A stretch of DNA of 64,000 bases, from positions 1,024,001 to 1,088,000 of the forward strand of contig JBBCJC010000002.1 of NCBI GenBank assembly GCA_037189525.1, written 5' to 3'. Position numbers and translations under genes: made by a program. The notes below the pieces were generated by a model. It was not told the origin of the DNA and did no database searches. It saw only the letters and a program-made list of their open reading frames with translations. This stretch comes from Gemmatimonadales bacterium (GTDB lineage Bacteria > Gemmatimonadota > Gemmatimonadetes > Gemmatimonadales > GWC2-71-9). This document shows positions 56,286 to 64,000 of this stretch, one piece after another; within the stretch, counting starts at the first letter, position 1, and every line of letters starts with the position of its first letter.

Positions 56286-57917
56286 TCAGGGGGTCTTCTG
56301 CCAGGCCGTGACGCGATGCAGCCAGGAGTACGGATCGATGACGATGTTGCCGAGCCGAGCGGACGCGACCATCTGGTTGGTCGGCGTGTAGAGGAAGACG
56401 GCCGGCGCATCGAGGTTGAGAGTATCCATTGCCTCGCGCCAGAGCGCGCGACTCGTTTCCGGTGACGACGCAGCCAGCGCGCGCGACACCAGGCCGTCGA
56501 ACACCGTGCTCTGATATCGGCCATGGTTGAGTCGCCCGATGCCGACTGCGGTCCACTGATCGACCAGTCCGGTCGGCTTGGGTTCGTCCAGCCAGGCGCC
56601 GATCATCGTTTCGAACCGCCCGGTGGCGAGCCGCTCCTGGAAGATCGGGAAATCGACGGCCGTGATCGTCGCTGTCACTCCGGCCTGCCGCCACATTTGC
56701 TGGATCCCTTCGCCCAGCTGGCGTCGGGCCGGACTGGTGGAGGGGACCAGGATGTCGATCGTGAGCGGCCGCCCGCCGCGGCGCCGGATTCCGTCCGCGC
56801 CGCGAGGCCATCCCGCCTGGTCGAAGAGCCTGCCGGCCTGCGCCACGTCGTAGCCCAAGGTGCGAATGCTGTCGTTCCAGATCCAGGCGGCACGCGAGAG
56901 CGGGCCCGGCGGGACCACGGCGTCCTCACCGATGACGGCGGTGACCAGGGCCCGGCGGTCGATGGCGTATGTCAGCGCCTGCCGGATGGCGCGGTCGGCC
57001 AGAATCGGGTCGGGCCGTCCAGCCGGGTCGGCCAACCGAAAGCCCAGAAATCCGTACACCGCCGAGGGATAGGATACCAGTTGCAGGGTCGAGTCGGTCT
57101 GGGCGCGTTGCCGTGCGGACGGACTGGTCACCGTTTCGAGTACGTCGGCTTCGCCCGAGAGCGTCAGGTTGAGGGCGGCCTCCTGATCGGCCGCAAAGCG
57201 CCAGGCAATCCGCCGGAAGCCGGTGCCGCGGACCCGTTCGAGAATCAGCGATTGGCCCCGGCGCCAGTCGACCAGCCGGTACGCGCCGGACCCGACCAGC
57301 CGGCGCCGGCTCGAGTCTTCTGCCCAGCTACCGCGAGGCAGCGAATCCCAGAGGTGCCGGGGCAGCACTCGAATGACGGTGGCCGCGTCGTAGAGCTGGT
57401 CGGGAGCGGGACGGGGAAACCGGACCAGCACGTCGCGGTCGCCATCGGCCGATACCTGCGCATCGGCCAGCGCGATTCCGGGGGCGCCGAGCGTGGTGTC
57501 GGTATAGGCGGCAAAGGAAAAGACGACGTCGTCGGCGGTGACCGGAGTGCCGTCGTGCCATTCGGCATTCGGGCGCAGCGAGAACTGCCATGTCACCGAG
57601 TCGACTCGGCGCCAGGAGGCAGCCAGGCCGGGCTCGAGGGCAGTGGAGTCGTAGGGTGATCCGCCGACCCGAAGTGAGGCGAGCGGTTCGTAAATCAGGT
57701 CGGAGACATCTCGGCCCGCCGCATCGGCCACCAGTGGCGGCAGCAGCGTGGTCGGTTCGCCGGTCGCGGCAATGACGAGATCCTGGTCGTCGTTGGCTGC
57801 GCGGCAGGCGGCCAGCGCTAGCACGCCGACCAGCGACAAAGTGGCGTAATAGCGGACCACGACCGGCGCGGGGCGACGGCCGGCGGTGCGGCGCGGCGCG
57901 AGGTTCTGAGTCGTCAC
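56286..57917 (-). CDS. Peptide ABC transporter substrate-binding lipoprotein (family 5)
   Basis: Lipobox LAA-C; F.LRP...WHDG.PVTADDVVFS, GSGAY, RQAL.YAIDR; start approximate. Confidence 0.88.
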   Translation of the reverse strand: MTTQNLAPRRTAGRRPAPVVVRYYATLSLVGVLALAACRAANDDQDLVIAATGEPTTLLPPLVADAAGRDVSDLIYEPLASLRVGGSPYDSTALEPGLAASWRRVDSVTWQFSLRPNAEWHDGTPVTADDVVFSFAAYTDTTLGAPGIALADAQVSADGDRDVLVRFPRPAPDQLYDAATVIRVLPRHLWDSLPRGSWAEDSSRRRLVGSGAYRLVDWRRGQSLILERVRGTGFRRIAWRFAADQEAALNLTLSGEADVLETVTSPSARQRAQTDSTLQLVSYPSAVYGFLGFRLADPAGRPDPILADRAIRQALTYAIDRRALVTAVIGEDAVVPPGPLSRAAWIWNDSIRTLGYDVAQAGRLFDQAGWPRGADGIRRRGGRPLTIDILVPSTSPARRQLGEGIQQMWRQAGVTATITAVDFPIFQERLATGRFETMIGAWLDEPKPTGLVDQWTAVGIGRLNHGRYQSTVFDGLVSRALAASSPETSRALWREAMDTLNLDAPAVFLYTPTNQMVASARLGNIVIDPYSWLHRVTAWQKTP

Positions 57918-58044
57918 GTCTACCAGTATCGGATCGTCCGGCCGTAGCATGAGGCACGCGGGCTCGTTACGTTGGGCTCGCGGCCGGGGCCGGTTTTCCG
58001 CCTGTCTCGAAGCCGAGCCGAGTACGCGACGGAGCCAACGCTCG

Positions 58045-59094
58045 ATGTCCATCCAGTCATCCACCATGCTGGCCGATTACCGGCGCCTGTTGCGCCGGCG
58101 CGCGATCACACTCGGCTGTCTCGTTCTCGCGCTGGTCGTCTCGCTCGTCTTCGATCTGGTGACCGGGCCTTCGGGTATCTCGGTGGCTGACGCGGTTCGC
58201 GGTCTGCTGGACCCTGCCGGGAGCACCGGTCCGGAAGGAGTCATCGTCTGGGGGGTGCGGCTGCCCTACGCGCTGATGGCGCTTCTGGTCGGCGCGGCGC
58301 TCTCGCTCGCCGGCGCCGAAATGCAAACCACGCTCAACAATCCGCTGGCGAGTCCCTTCACGCTGGGTATGTCGTCGGCGGCCATCTTCGGGGCGGCGTT
58401 GGCCATCGTGCTCGATTTCGGCATCCCGGGCATCCCGGGCGATTGGCTCGTCTCGGTCAACGCCTTCGTCTTTGCCTTTGCGTCGGTGCTGGCGTTGCAG
58501 GCCGTCGCGCGGGCGCGGGCTGCGGGTGTCGAAACGCTGGTGCTCTTCGGCATTGCGCTCTTCTTCACCTTCAACGCCCTGGTGGCGATTACGCAGTTCG
58601 TGGCCAGTGAGCAGGCGCTGCAGCAACTGGTCTTCTGGACCATGGGGAGCCTGGGGCGCTCGACCTGGCCGAAGATCCAGGTACTGGCCATCGTGATTGC
58701 CGTGGTGGCGCCGTTCTCGCTGGCTGCCTCGTGGCGTCTCACCGCGCTCCGTCTCGGCGAAGAGCGAGCCCGGAGCTTTGGCGTGGATGTGGGCCGGCTC
58801 CGCTTTGCATCGCTCTTCCGGATCAGCGTGCTGACGGCCACGGCGGTGGCGTTCGTCGGCACGGTGGCGTTCGTCGGCCTGGTTGGTCCGCACATTGCGC
58901 GGATGCTGGTGGGCGAAGATCATCGCTTCTTCCTGCCAGCTAGCGCGCTGACCGGGGCGCTGGTGCTGTCGCTGGCGTCGATTGCGAGCAAGACGATCAT
59001 TCCCGGCGTGCTGATTCCGATCGGTCTGGTGAGCGCGCTGATCGGGGTACCGTTCTTCGTGTCGCTGATTCTTTCCAAACGGTCGGCGGCATGA
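58045..59094 (+). CDS. Iron-siderophore ABC permease (FecCD family)
   Basis: W.VRLP, MQT.L.NPLASPFTLG.SS.A, LGEERA.S.G, FVGLVGPH.AR. Confidence 0.93.
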   Translation: MSIQSSTMLADYRRLLRRRAITLGCLVLALVVSLVFDLVTGPSGISVADAVRGLLDPAGSTGPEGVIVWGVRLPYALMALLVGAALSLAGAEMQTTLNNPLASPFTLGMSSAAIFGAALAIVLDFGIPGIPGDWLVSVNAFVFAFASVLALQAVARARAAGVETLVLFGIALFFTFNALVAITQFVASEQALQQLVFWTMGSLGRSTWPKIQVLAIVIAVVAPFSLAASWRLTALRLGEERARSFGVDVGRLRFASLFRISVLTATAVAFVGTVAFVGLVGPHIARMLVGEDHRFFLPASALTGALVLSLASIASKTIIPGVLIPIGLVSALIGVPFFVSLILSKRSAA

Positions 59095-59912
59095 GCCGGG
59101 CGCTGCCGCTCACGGTATCGGGCCTCCAGGCCGGTTACGGCGATCGGGCGGTGCTCGACGGATTGTCGCTGCCGCCGTTCGAGCCGGGCCAGATCACGGC
59201 GCTGGTGGGGCCCAACGGCGCGGGCAAATCCACCTTGCTGCGCGTCATTGCCGGACTGGTGCCCGCTCGTGGTTCGATTCGGCTGGGCGATCGCGAGCTG
59301 CTTGGCGCGGCGCCGCGATTCCGGGCCGAGTCGGTAGCGTTCATGCCGCAGACACTGCCGCAGCGCGTGGCGTTGACCGTGCTCGAGACCGTGCTGAGTG
59401 CGCTCAAGGCGTCGCCGTTCGACGGGCGGCCGGAGGACGAAACGGAGGCGCGGCACCGGGCAGTGGCCATCCTCGAGCGGATCGGCATTGCGGATCTCGG
59501 GCTCCGATATCTCGATCACCTCTCCGGCGGGCAGCGGCAGCTGGCCAGCCTTGCCCAGGTAGCGGTGCGCCAGCCGGCCGTACTGCTGCTCGACGAGCCG
59601 ACCAGTTCGCTCGATCTCAAGTATCAGGTGGTCGTAATGCAGCTGGTGCGGGAGCTGGCTCTGGAGGGTCGGATCGTCGTGGTGGTGCTCCACGACCTCA
59701 GCCTGGCGGCGCGCTGGGCCGATCGCGTCGTGGTGCTGGAGCGGGGAGCGGTCCGCGCGGCAGGTGAGCCGGGAATGGCGATTACCCGGGACGTTCTCGC
59801 CTCGGTCTATGGGGTCGATGCCCGGGTCGAGCGGTGCAGCCAGGGACATCTCCAGGTCATCGTCGACGGCCTGGTGGCGCCAGCGTCCGATAGCCCGGCG
59901 GGCGGACGATGA
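59091..59912 (+). CDS. Iron-siderophore ABC ATPase
   Basis: GPNGAGKST, LSGGQRQL, LLDEPTS.LD..YQ, VLHDL.LA. Confidence 0.93.
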   Translation: MSRALPLTVSGLQAGYGDRAVLDGLSLPPFEPGQITALVGPNGAGKSTLLRVIAGLVPARGSIRLGDRELLGAAPRFRAESVAFMPQTLPQRVALTVLETVLSALKASPFDGRPEDETEARHRAVAILERIGIADLGLRYLDHLSGGQRQLASLAQVAVRQPAVLLLDEPTSSLDLKYQVVVMQLVRELALEGRIVVVVLHDLSLAARWADRVVVLERGAVRAAGEPGMAITRDVLASVYGVDARVERCSQGHLQVIVDGLVAPASDSPAGGR

Positions 59913-60763
59913 CGGGATACTGCTTGCCGCGCACCGAAGTGTTCGGAGTCCACGGCGACGATCCGAGGGGCAGCCGGCGCATCATGGTCGCGTGGCCCGA
60001 AGAGCCGCCGCCGCCCGCCGGCTATCCGGTCATCTATCTGCTCGATGCCAACGCCACCTTCGGCACGCTGGTCGAAGCGATTCGGATGCGGGCGCATCGT
60101 CCCGCCGCGACCGGAGTGGTGCCGGCCGTGGTGGTGGGCGTCGGATCGGAGCGCGACGGTCCCTATGACCGGGTTCGCCGGACCTACGACTACACCCCGC
60201 CCAATGCGGCCGGCGCGGCGACGGGTCTCGAGACCGGGGGGCGCGACCGGTTCGAAGCATTTCTCCTGGGCGAGTTGGCCGAGCAGATCGAGGGGCGGTA
60301 TCCGATCGATCGGTCGCGGCGGATCCTGCTGGGTCATTCGCTGGGCGGATTCTTCGTGCTCGACCTGCTGCTGCGCCGGCCCGACGCCTATGCCGGGTAC
60401 ATCGCGATCAGCCCGTCGATCTGGTGGGATCGCGATCGCCTGCTGCAGGCGGCCGACGCGCTCGGTGCGACGCTCGGCGGGGAGACTCCTCCGCCTCGGG
60501 TGATGATTGCAGTCGGGGAGTATGAGCAGACGCTGGCTCCGTGGCAGGCGGCGACCGATGAGGCCGCGTCGATGACGGCGCGCCGGGATGCGCGGGGGAT
60601 GGTCGACCAGGCGCGCGAGTTGGCCCGCCGGTTGTCGCAGTGGGAGGCGCGTGGCCTAACGGTGCGGTATGACGAAGTGGCGGGTGAGGATCACGCGTCG
60701 GTCGTCTTGTCGTCGATCAGCCGCGGGTTACGGTTCGTGCTTGCTCCGCAGAGCGTGCGCTGA
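59909..60763 (+). CDS. IroE/BesA-like ferri-siderophore esterase (alpha/beta hydrolase)
   Basis: YPVIYLLDAN, R..DYTP, GG.D.F..FL, GHSLGG, SPSIWW, EDH. Confidence 0.85.
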   Translation: MTGYCLPRTEVFGVHGDDPRGSRRIMVAWPEEPPPPAGYPVIYLLDANATFGTLVEAIRMRAHRPAATGVVPAVVVGVGSERDGPYDRVRRTYDYTPPNAAGAATGLETGGRDRFEAFLLGELAEQIEGRYPIDRSRRILLGHSLGGFFVLDLLLRRPDAYAGYIAISPSIWWDRDRLLQAADALGATLGGETPPPRVMIAVGEYEQTLAPWQAATDEAASMTARRDARGMVDQARELARRLSQWEARGLTVRYDEVAGEDHASVVLSSISRGLRFVLAPQSVR

Positions 60764-60884
60764 GGACCTGGTCGGTGGTGGTGTTCGGCTGAGCTGCTGA
60801 GAGGTCGGGGCGGGTTGCGTCCGACGATCTCAGACTTGACGTCTCGGATTTCCGGGCGTTAGACTTGAGTATGGTAGTATTGAA

Positions 60885-60903
60885 AATGAAAGTCAATCTC
60901 ATC
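60885..60903. promoter_or_regulatory. Fur-like box
   Basis: AATGAAAGTCAATCTCATC, 16/19 identical to the box at 16107; just after an extended -10 (TG-G-TAGTAT). Confidence 0.72.
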
Positions 60904-62037
60904 TCGTTCGCGCGTCAAAGTGCCCGTGCAATCGCCCGGGTCGGAACTCTGGCTGGCGCGGCGCTGATCCTGTTTGGCGCGGTATCGATACATGCGCAGG
61001 CCGTCACCGTCACCGACGTCACGGGCCGCGTCGTCACCCTACCCAAGCCGGCCACCCGCGTCCTAATCGATGACGGACGCTACTTGGTAGCGCTCGGATT
61101 GATCCATCCCGATCCGGTCAGCCTGATTGCCGCCTGGCCGCGCGACATCAACCGGATCGGCCAGCGCACCTACGACCAGTTCCGCGCCAAGTTCCCCGCG
61201 ATCGAACGGATTCCCCAGGCCTCGTCGTCATCGAGTTCGGGCGGCGGATTCTCGCTCGAGAAGGCGCTGGCGGTCAGGCCGGACGTCGCGGTGTTCATGG
61301 CCGGCACCGGCCCCTCGCCCGACGAGGTCAAACGCTTCGAGTCGGCCGGGGTGCAGGTGGTGTTCATCGACTTTTTTTCCCATCCGTTCACCAATCTGGA
61401 GCCCAGCTTCCTGATTCTGGGCAAGTTGGTCGGCCGCGAGCGTCAGGCGCAGGCATTCGTCGACTTCCGCCAGGAGCGCACCAAGCGAATTGCTGACCGG
61501 CTCGCCTCGCAGAAAGCGGCCCGGCCCAAGGTGTTCGTCGAAGTGCATGCCGGGATGTCCGAGGAGTGCTGCCACTCGCCCGGCAAGGGTAACATCGGCG
61601 ACTACATCACCTTCGTGGGCGGCCACAACATCGGCGCCGATGTGCTGCCGGGCCCGTCCGGCCGGCTCAACGTCGAGTACGTCGTCGCGCAGGATCCGGC
61701 GGTGTACATCGCAACCGGAGGGCCGCATCTGGAGCGGGCCGGCGGCTTCGTGGTTGGTCCTGGCTATACGGTCGAACGGTCGCGCGCCTCGCTCGCCAAG
61801 ATGATGGAGCGGCCGGGGATCGGCCTGCTCAAGACGGTGCGCCAGGGCGAAGTCCACGGGTTGTCGCATCAGTTGCTCAACTCGCCGCTCGATATCCTGG
61901 CCATCGAAGCGCTGGCGAAGTGGGTCCATCCGTCTTTGTTCAAAGAACTCGATCCCGCCGCAACCATGGCGGAAATCAATAGCAAGTTTTTGGCAGTCCC
62001 GCTCGAGGGCAATTACTGGGTCGATCTGCGCCGGTAG
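60886..62037 (+). CDS. Iron-siderophore periplasmic binding protein
   Basis: Signal peptide, VTDVTGR.V.LP.P..RV, EK.LA..PD, GG.NI, LAKW.HP.LF..LDP. Confidence 0.87.
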   Translation: MKVNLISFARQSARAIARVGTLAGAALILFGAVSIHAQAVTVTDVTGRVVTLPKPATRVLIDDGRYLVALGLIHPDPVSLIAAWPRDINRIGQRTYDQFRAKFPAIERIPQASSSSSSGGGFSLEKALAVRPDVAVFMAGTGPSPDEVKRFESAGVQVVFIDFFSHPFTNLEPSFLILGKLVGRERQAQAFVDFRQERTKRIADRLASQKAARPKVFVEVHAGMSEECCHSPGKGNIGDYITFVGGHNIGADVLPGPSGRLNVEYVVAQDPAVYIATGGPHLERAGGFVVGPGYTVERSRASLAKMMERPGIGLLKTVRQGEVHGLSHQLLNSPLDILAIEALAKWVHPSLFKELDPAATMAEINSKFLAVPLEGNYWVDLRR

Positions 62038-62079
62038 CGGCGGCGCGTTTCCACGATAGAGAGATAGAGGAAGAATCCG

Positions 62080-63117
62080 ATGACGAGTCTCAAGAGCATT
62101 CGATACGCCGTTGCCGTGGCTGCCGTTACGACGGCCCTGGCCGCAACGGCAAGTGCGCAGGCCCCCACCATCGCCAAGTCGGCCAAGGTCGGCGCCGGCG
62201 TCTACGAGATCGTGGCGCACGACGGTCTGGTCTACGCGGCAAGCGTCGGCGCTCGCGGCGCGCCCAAGACCGAGATCACGGTGCTGGACGGGCGGACCAT
62301 GGAGGTCAAGCAGGTCTATCCGCTGACGTCTGCTCCCTACGGCCTCGGGATCAACACCAAGACCGGCACTCTCTACGCAACCGATACCCGCGCGGGTGCC
62401 GTCGTTGCCGTGGACGCGAAGTCGGGTCGTCAGCTCGCGTTGATCAAGAATCCCGCCGACACCGCGCCGGCCCATCTGCGCGAGGTGGTGGTCGACGAGG
62501 CGAACAACCGGGTCTACGTCTCTGCCTACGGGAAAGAGGGACATATCTGGGTCATCGACGGGAAGACCAACACCTTCTCGCACGCGCTGCAGAACGTCGG
62601 CAGCGGCGCGACCGGGATTGCCCTGGATCCGGAAGCCCAGATCCTCTACACGGCCAACATGGGCGGGAATGATCTCTCGGTCATCGACCTGGCCGCGCGC
62701 AAGGTGGTCCGCACCATTCCGGCCGGCGGCGAGCGCCCGACCAACGTGGCGTTCGACGGCAAGGCGCACCGGCTCTTCGTGGCCAATCAGGGCTCCGGCG
62801 ACCTCACGGTCGTCGATGCCAAGACCGGCACGCTGATCAAGGCGGTCAAGACCGGCGCCGGCGCGCTCGGGGTCACCTTCAACCCGCGCACCAATCGTGT
62901 CTTCGTGGCCAACCGCGGAGCCGGGACGGTGTCGGTGGTGGACGGCGCCTCCTATGCGGTGGTTGCGGAGCTGCCGTCAGGGAGTCATCCCAATACGATC
63001 GCCATCGACCGCACCACCGAGCAGGTCTACGTGACCAACAAGGCCAAGTCGGCCGGTCGTGGTGCTCCGCCGGTCGATGATCCGAACGGCGATACCGTGA
63101 CCCACATCAAGCCCTGA
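62080..63117 (+). CDS. YncE family (YVTN repeat) beta-propeller protein
   Basis: Signal peptide; repeated LY.AN.G...VSVID units; SHPNTIA. Confidence 0.85.
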   Translation: MTSLKSIRYAVAVAAVTTALAATASAQAPTIAKSAKVGAGVYEIVAHDGLVYAASVGARGAPKTEITVLDGRTMEVKQVYPLTSAPYGLGINTKTGTLYATDTRAGAVVAVDAKSGRQLALIKNPADTAPAHLREVVVDEANNRVYVSAYGKEGHIWVIDGKTNTFSHALQNVGSGATGIALDPEAQILYTANMGGNDLSVIDLAARKVVRTIPAGGERPTNVAFDGKAHRLFVANQGSGDLTVVDAKTGTLIKAVKTGAGALGVTFNPRTNRVFVANRGAGTVSVVDGASYAVVAELPSGSHPNTIAIDRTTEQVYVTNKAKSAGRGAPPVDDPNGDTVTHIKP

Positions 63118-64000
63118 TGACGTCACCGGCGCCGGCCCTGTCGACGCCTGTGCTCGGCACGGGTGCTGGCCTGCCGTTCGTCCTCGCGTCCGACCGGGAA
63201 ATCCTGGTCGGACGCGGTGCCGTTGAGGCGGTAGCGATTTCGGTGCGTGATGGGCTGGTGGAGCGCGCCGGCTCGGTGTTGCGCGATGCACAGGGCGATG
63301 GGTCTCGGCATCCGGCTGTGCTGGTGGGCGCCATCCCGTTCGATTCAGCAGACCCTGCCCACCTGATTCGGCCCGAGCGACTGGAAAGTCTTCCTGGCGA
63401 CACGCCGCTCTGGTCGGCAGCCTCCCCGAACGGTGCGGAGCAAGCGCAGTTGGACCTGCGGGTCGCGGCCGATCCGCCCAGGTCCGGCTATGCTGCTGCC
63501 GTCGCGCGCGCCCTGACCCGGTTCGGCCAGGCGGACGGGTTGCGGAAGGTCGTGCTGGCCCGCAGCCTGGTCGTCGAATCCGAGCGCCCGATCGAGCCGG
63601 GTCGGATCCTGACCCGGCTTCGTCGCGATCGGAGCGCCACGACGTTCCTGGTGCCGCTTCCCGATGACGACGGCGTCCGAAGCCGGCTTCTGGTCGGCGC
63701 GTCGCCGGAACTGCTGCTGTCCAAACAGGGGCAGGTCGTGCTCTCGCATCCGCTGGCCGGTTCCGCTCGGCGCTCATCCGATCCGCTCGAGGACGCCTTG
63801 GCGGCCGCTCGGCTCGAGGCCTCCGAGAAGGATCGCCGAGAGCATGCGGCGGTGGTGGAGTGGGTGGTGGATCGGCTCCGGCCCTTCTGCCGTCAGCTCG
63901 AGATTCCGGCAGGGCCGTCCCTGGTGTCGACCGAAACGATGTGGCACCTCGGCACCCGGATCGAAGGGGTGTTGCGCGACCAGGCGATCTCTTCGCTCGA
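63117..64000 (+). CDS. dhbC: Isochorismate synthase (DhbC/EntC type), partial at right edge
   Basis: Manual translation from ATG 63117 (TGATG overlap): [50 protein letters not shown]. Open to the edge; not in the ORF track. Confidence 0.85.
   Translation, partial: MTSPAPALSTPVLGTGAGLPFVLASDREILVGRGAVEAVAISVRDGLVERAGSVLRDAQGDGSRHPAVLVGAIPFDSADPAHLIRPERLESLPGDTPLWSAASPNGAEQAQLDLRVAADPPRSGYAAAVARALTRFGQADGLRKVVLARSLVVESERPIEPGRILTRLRRDRSATTFLVPLPDDDGVRSRLLVGASPELLLSKQGQVVLSHPLAGSARRSSDPLEDALAAARLEASEKDRREHAAVVEWVVDRLRPFCRQLEIPAGPSLVSTETMWHLGTRIEGVLRDQAISSL

Overview
GC-rich bacterial chromosomal window. Gene content (SusC/SusD pair, PadR + duplicated ABC permease, many secreted peptidases) suggests Gemmatimonadota/FCB group; this is an inference, not a database result. 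Layout: (1) 1-2.6 kb, an integrase-less gene-cassette remnant with one well-formed attC, attC fragments and a Phd/ParE toxin-antitoxin pair. (2) 2.6-12.9 kb, housekeeping and hypothetical genes, including a histone H1-like protein and an RNase HI with an altered catalytic tetrad. (3) A frameshifted ABC permease with PadR. (4) Two TonB-dependent iron receptors behind a Fur-like box. (5) 20.8-39.8 kb, a metalloprotease plus ECF sigma/FecR/SusC/SusD locus followed by esterase, peptidase and amidohydrolase genes instead of CAZymes. (6) DUF4160/DUF2442 TA, a radical SAM-HhH DNA repair gene with a LexA-like box, aqpZ, S41 protease + TPR, thyA-folA. (7) A tightly coupled operon of two Ddl-like ATP-grasp ligases, a GNAT and a lysine 2,3-aminomutase, followed by a cyclodeaminase; this is my best candidate for an undescribed pathway. 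(8) M23 peptidase, GntR/ABC cluster, and an iron-siderophore uptake cluster running into an isochorismate synthase at the right edge. I saw no rRNA, tRNA, CRISPR, transposase or integrase. All calls come from motif recognition by eye; no searches were run.
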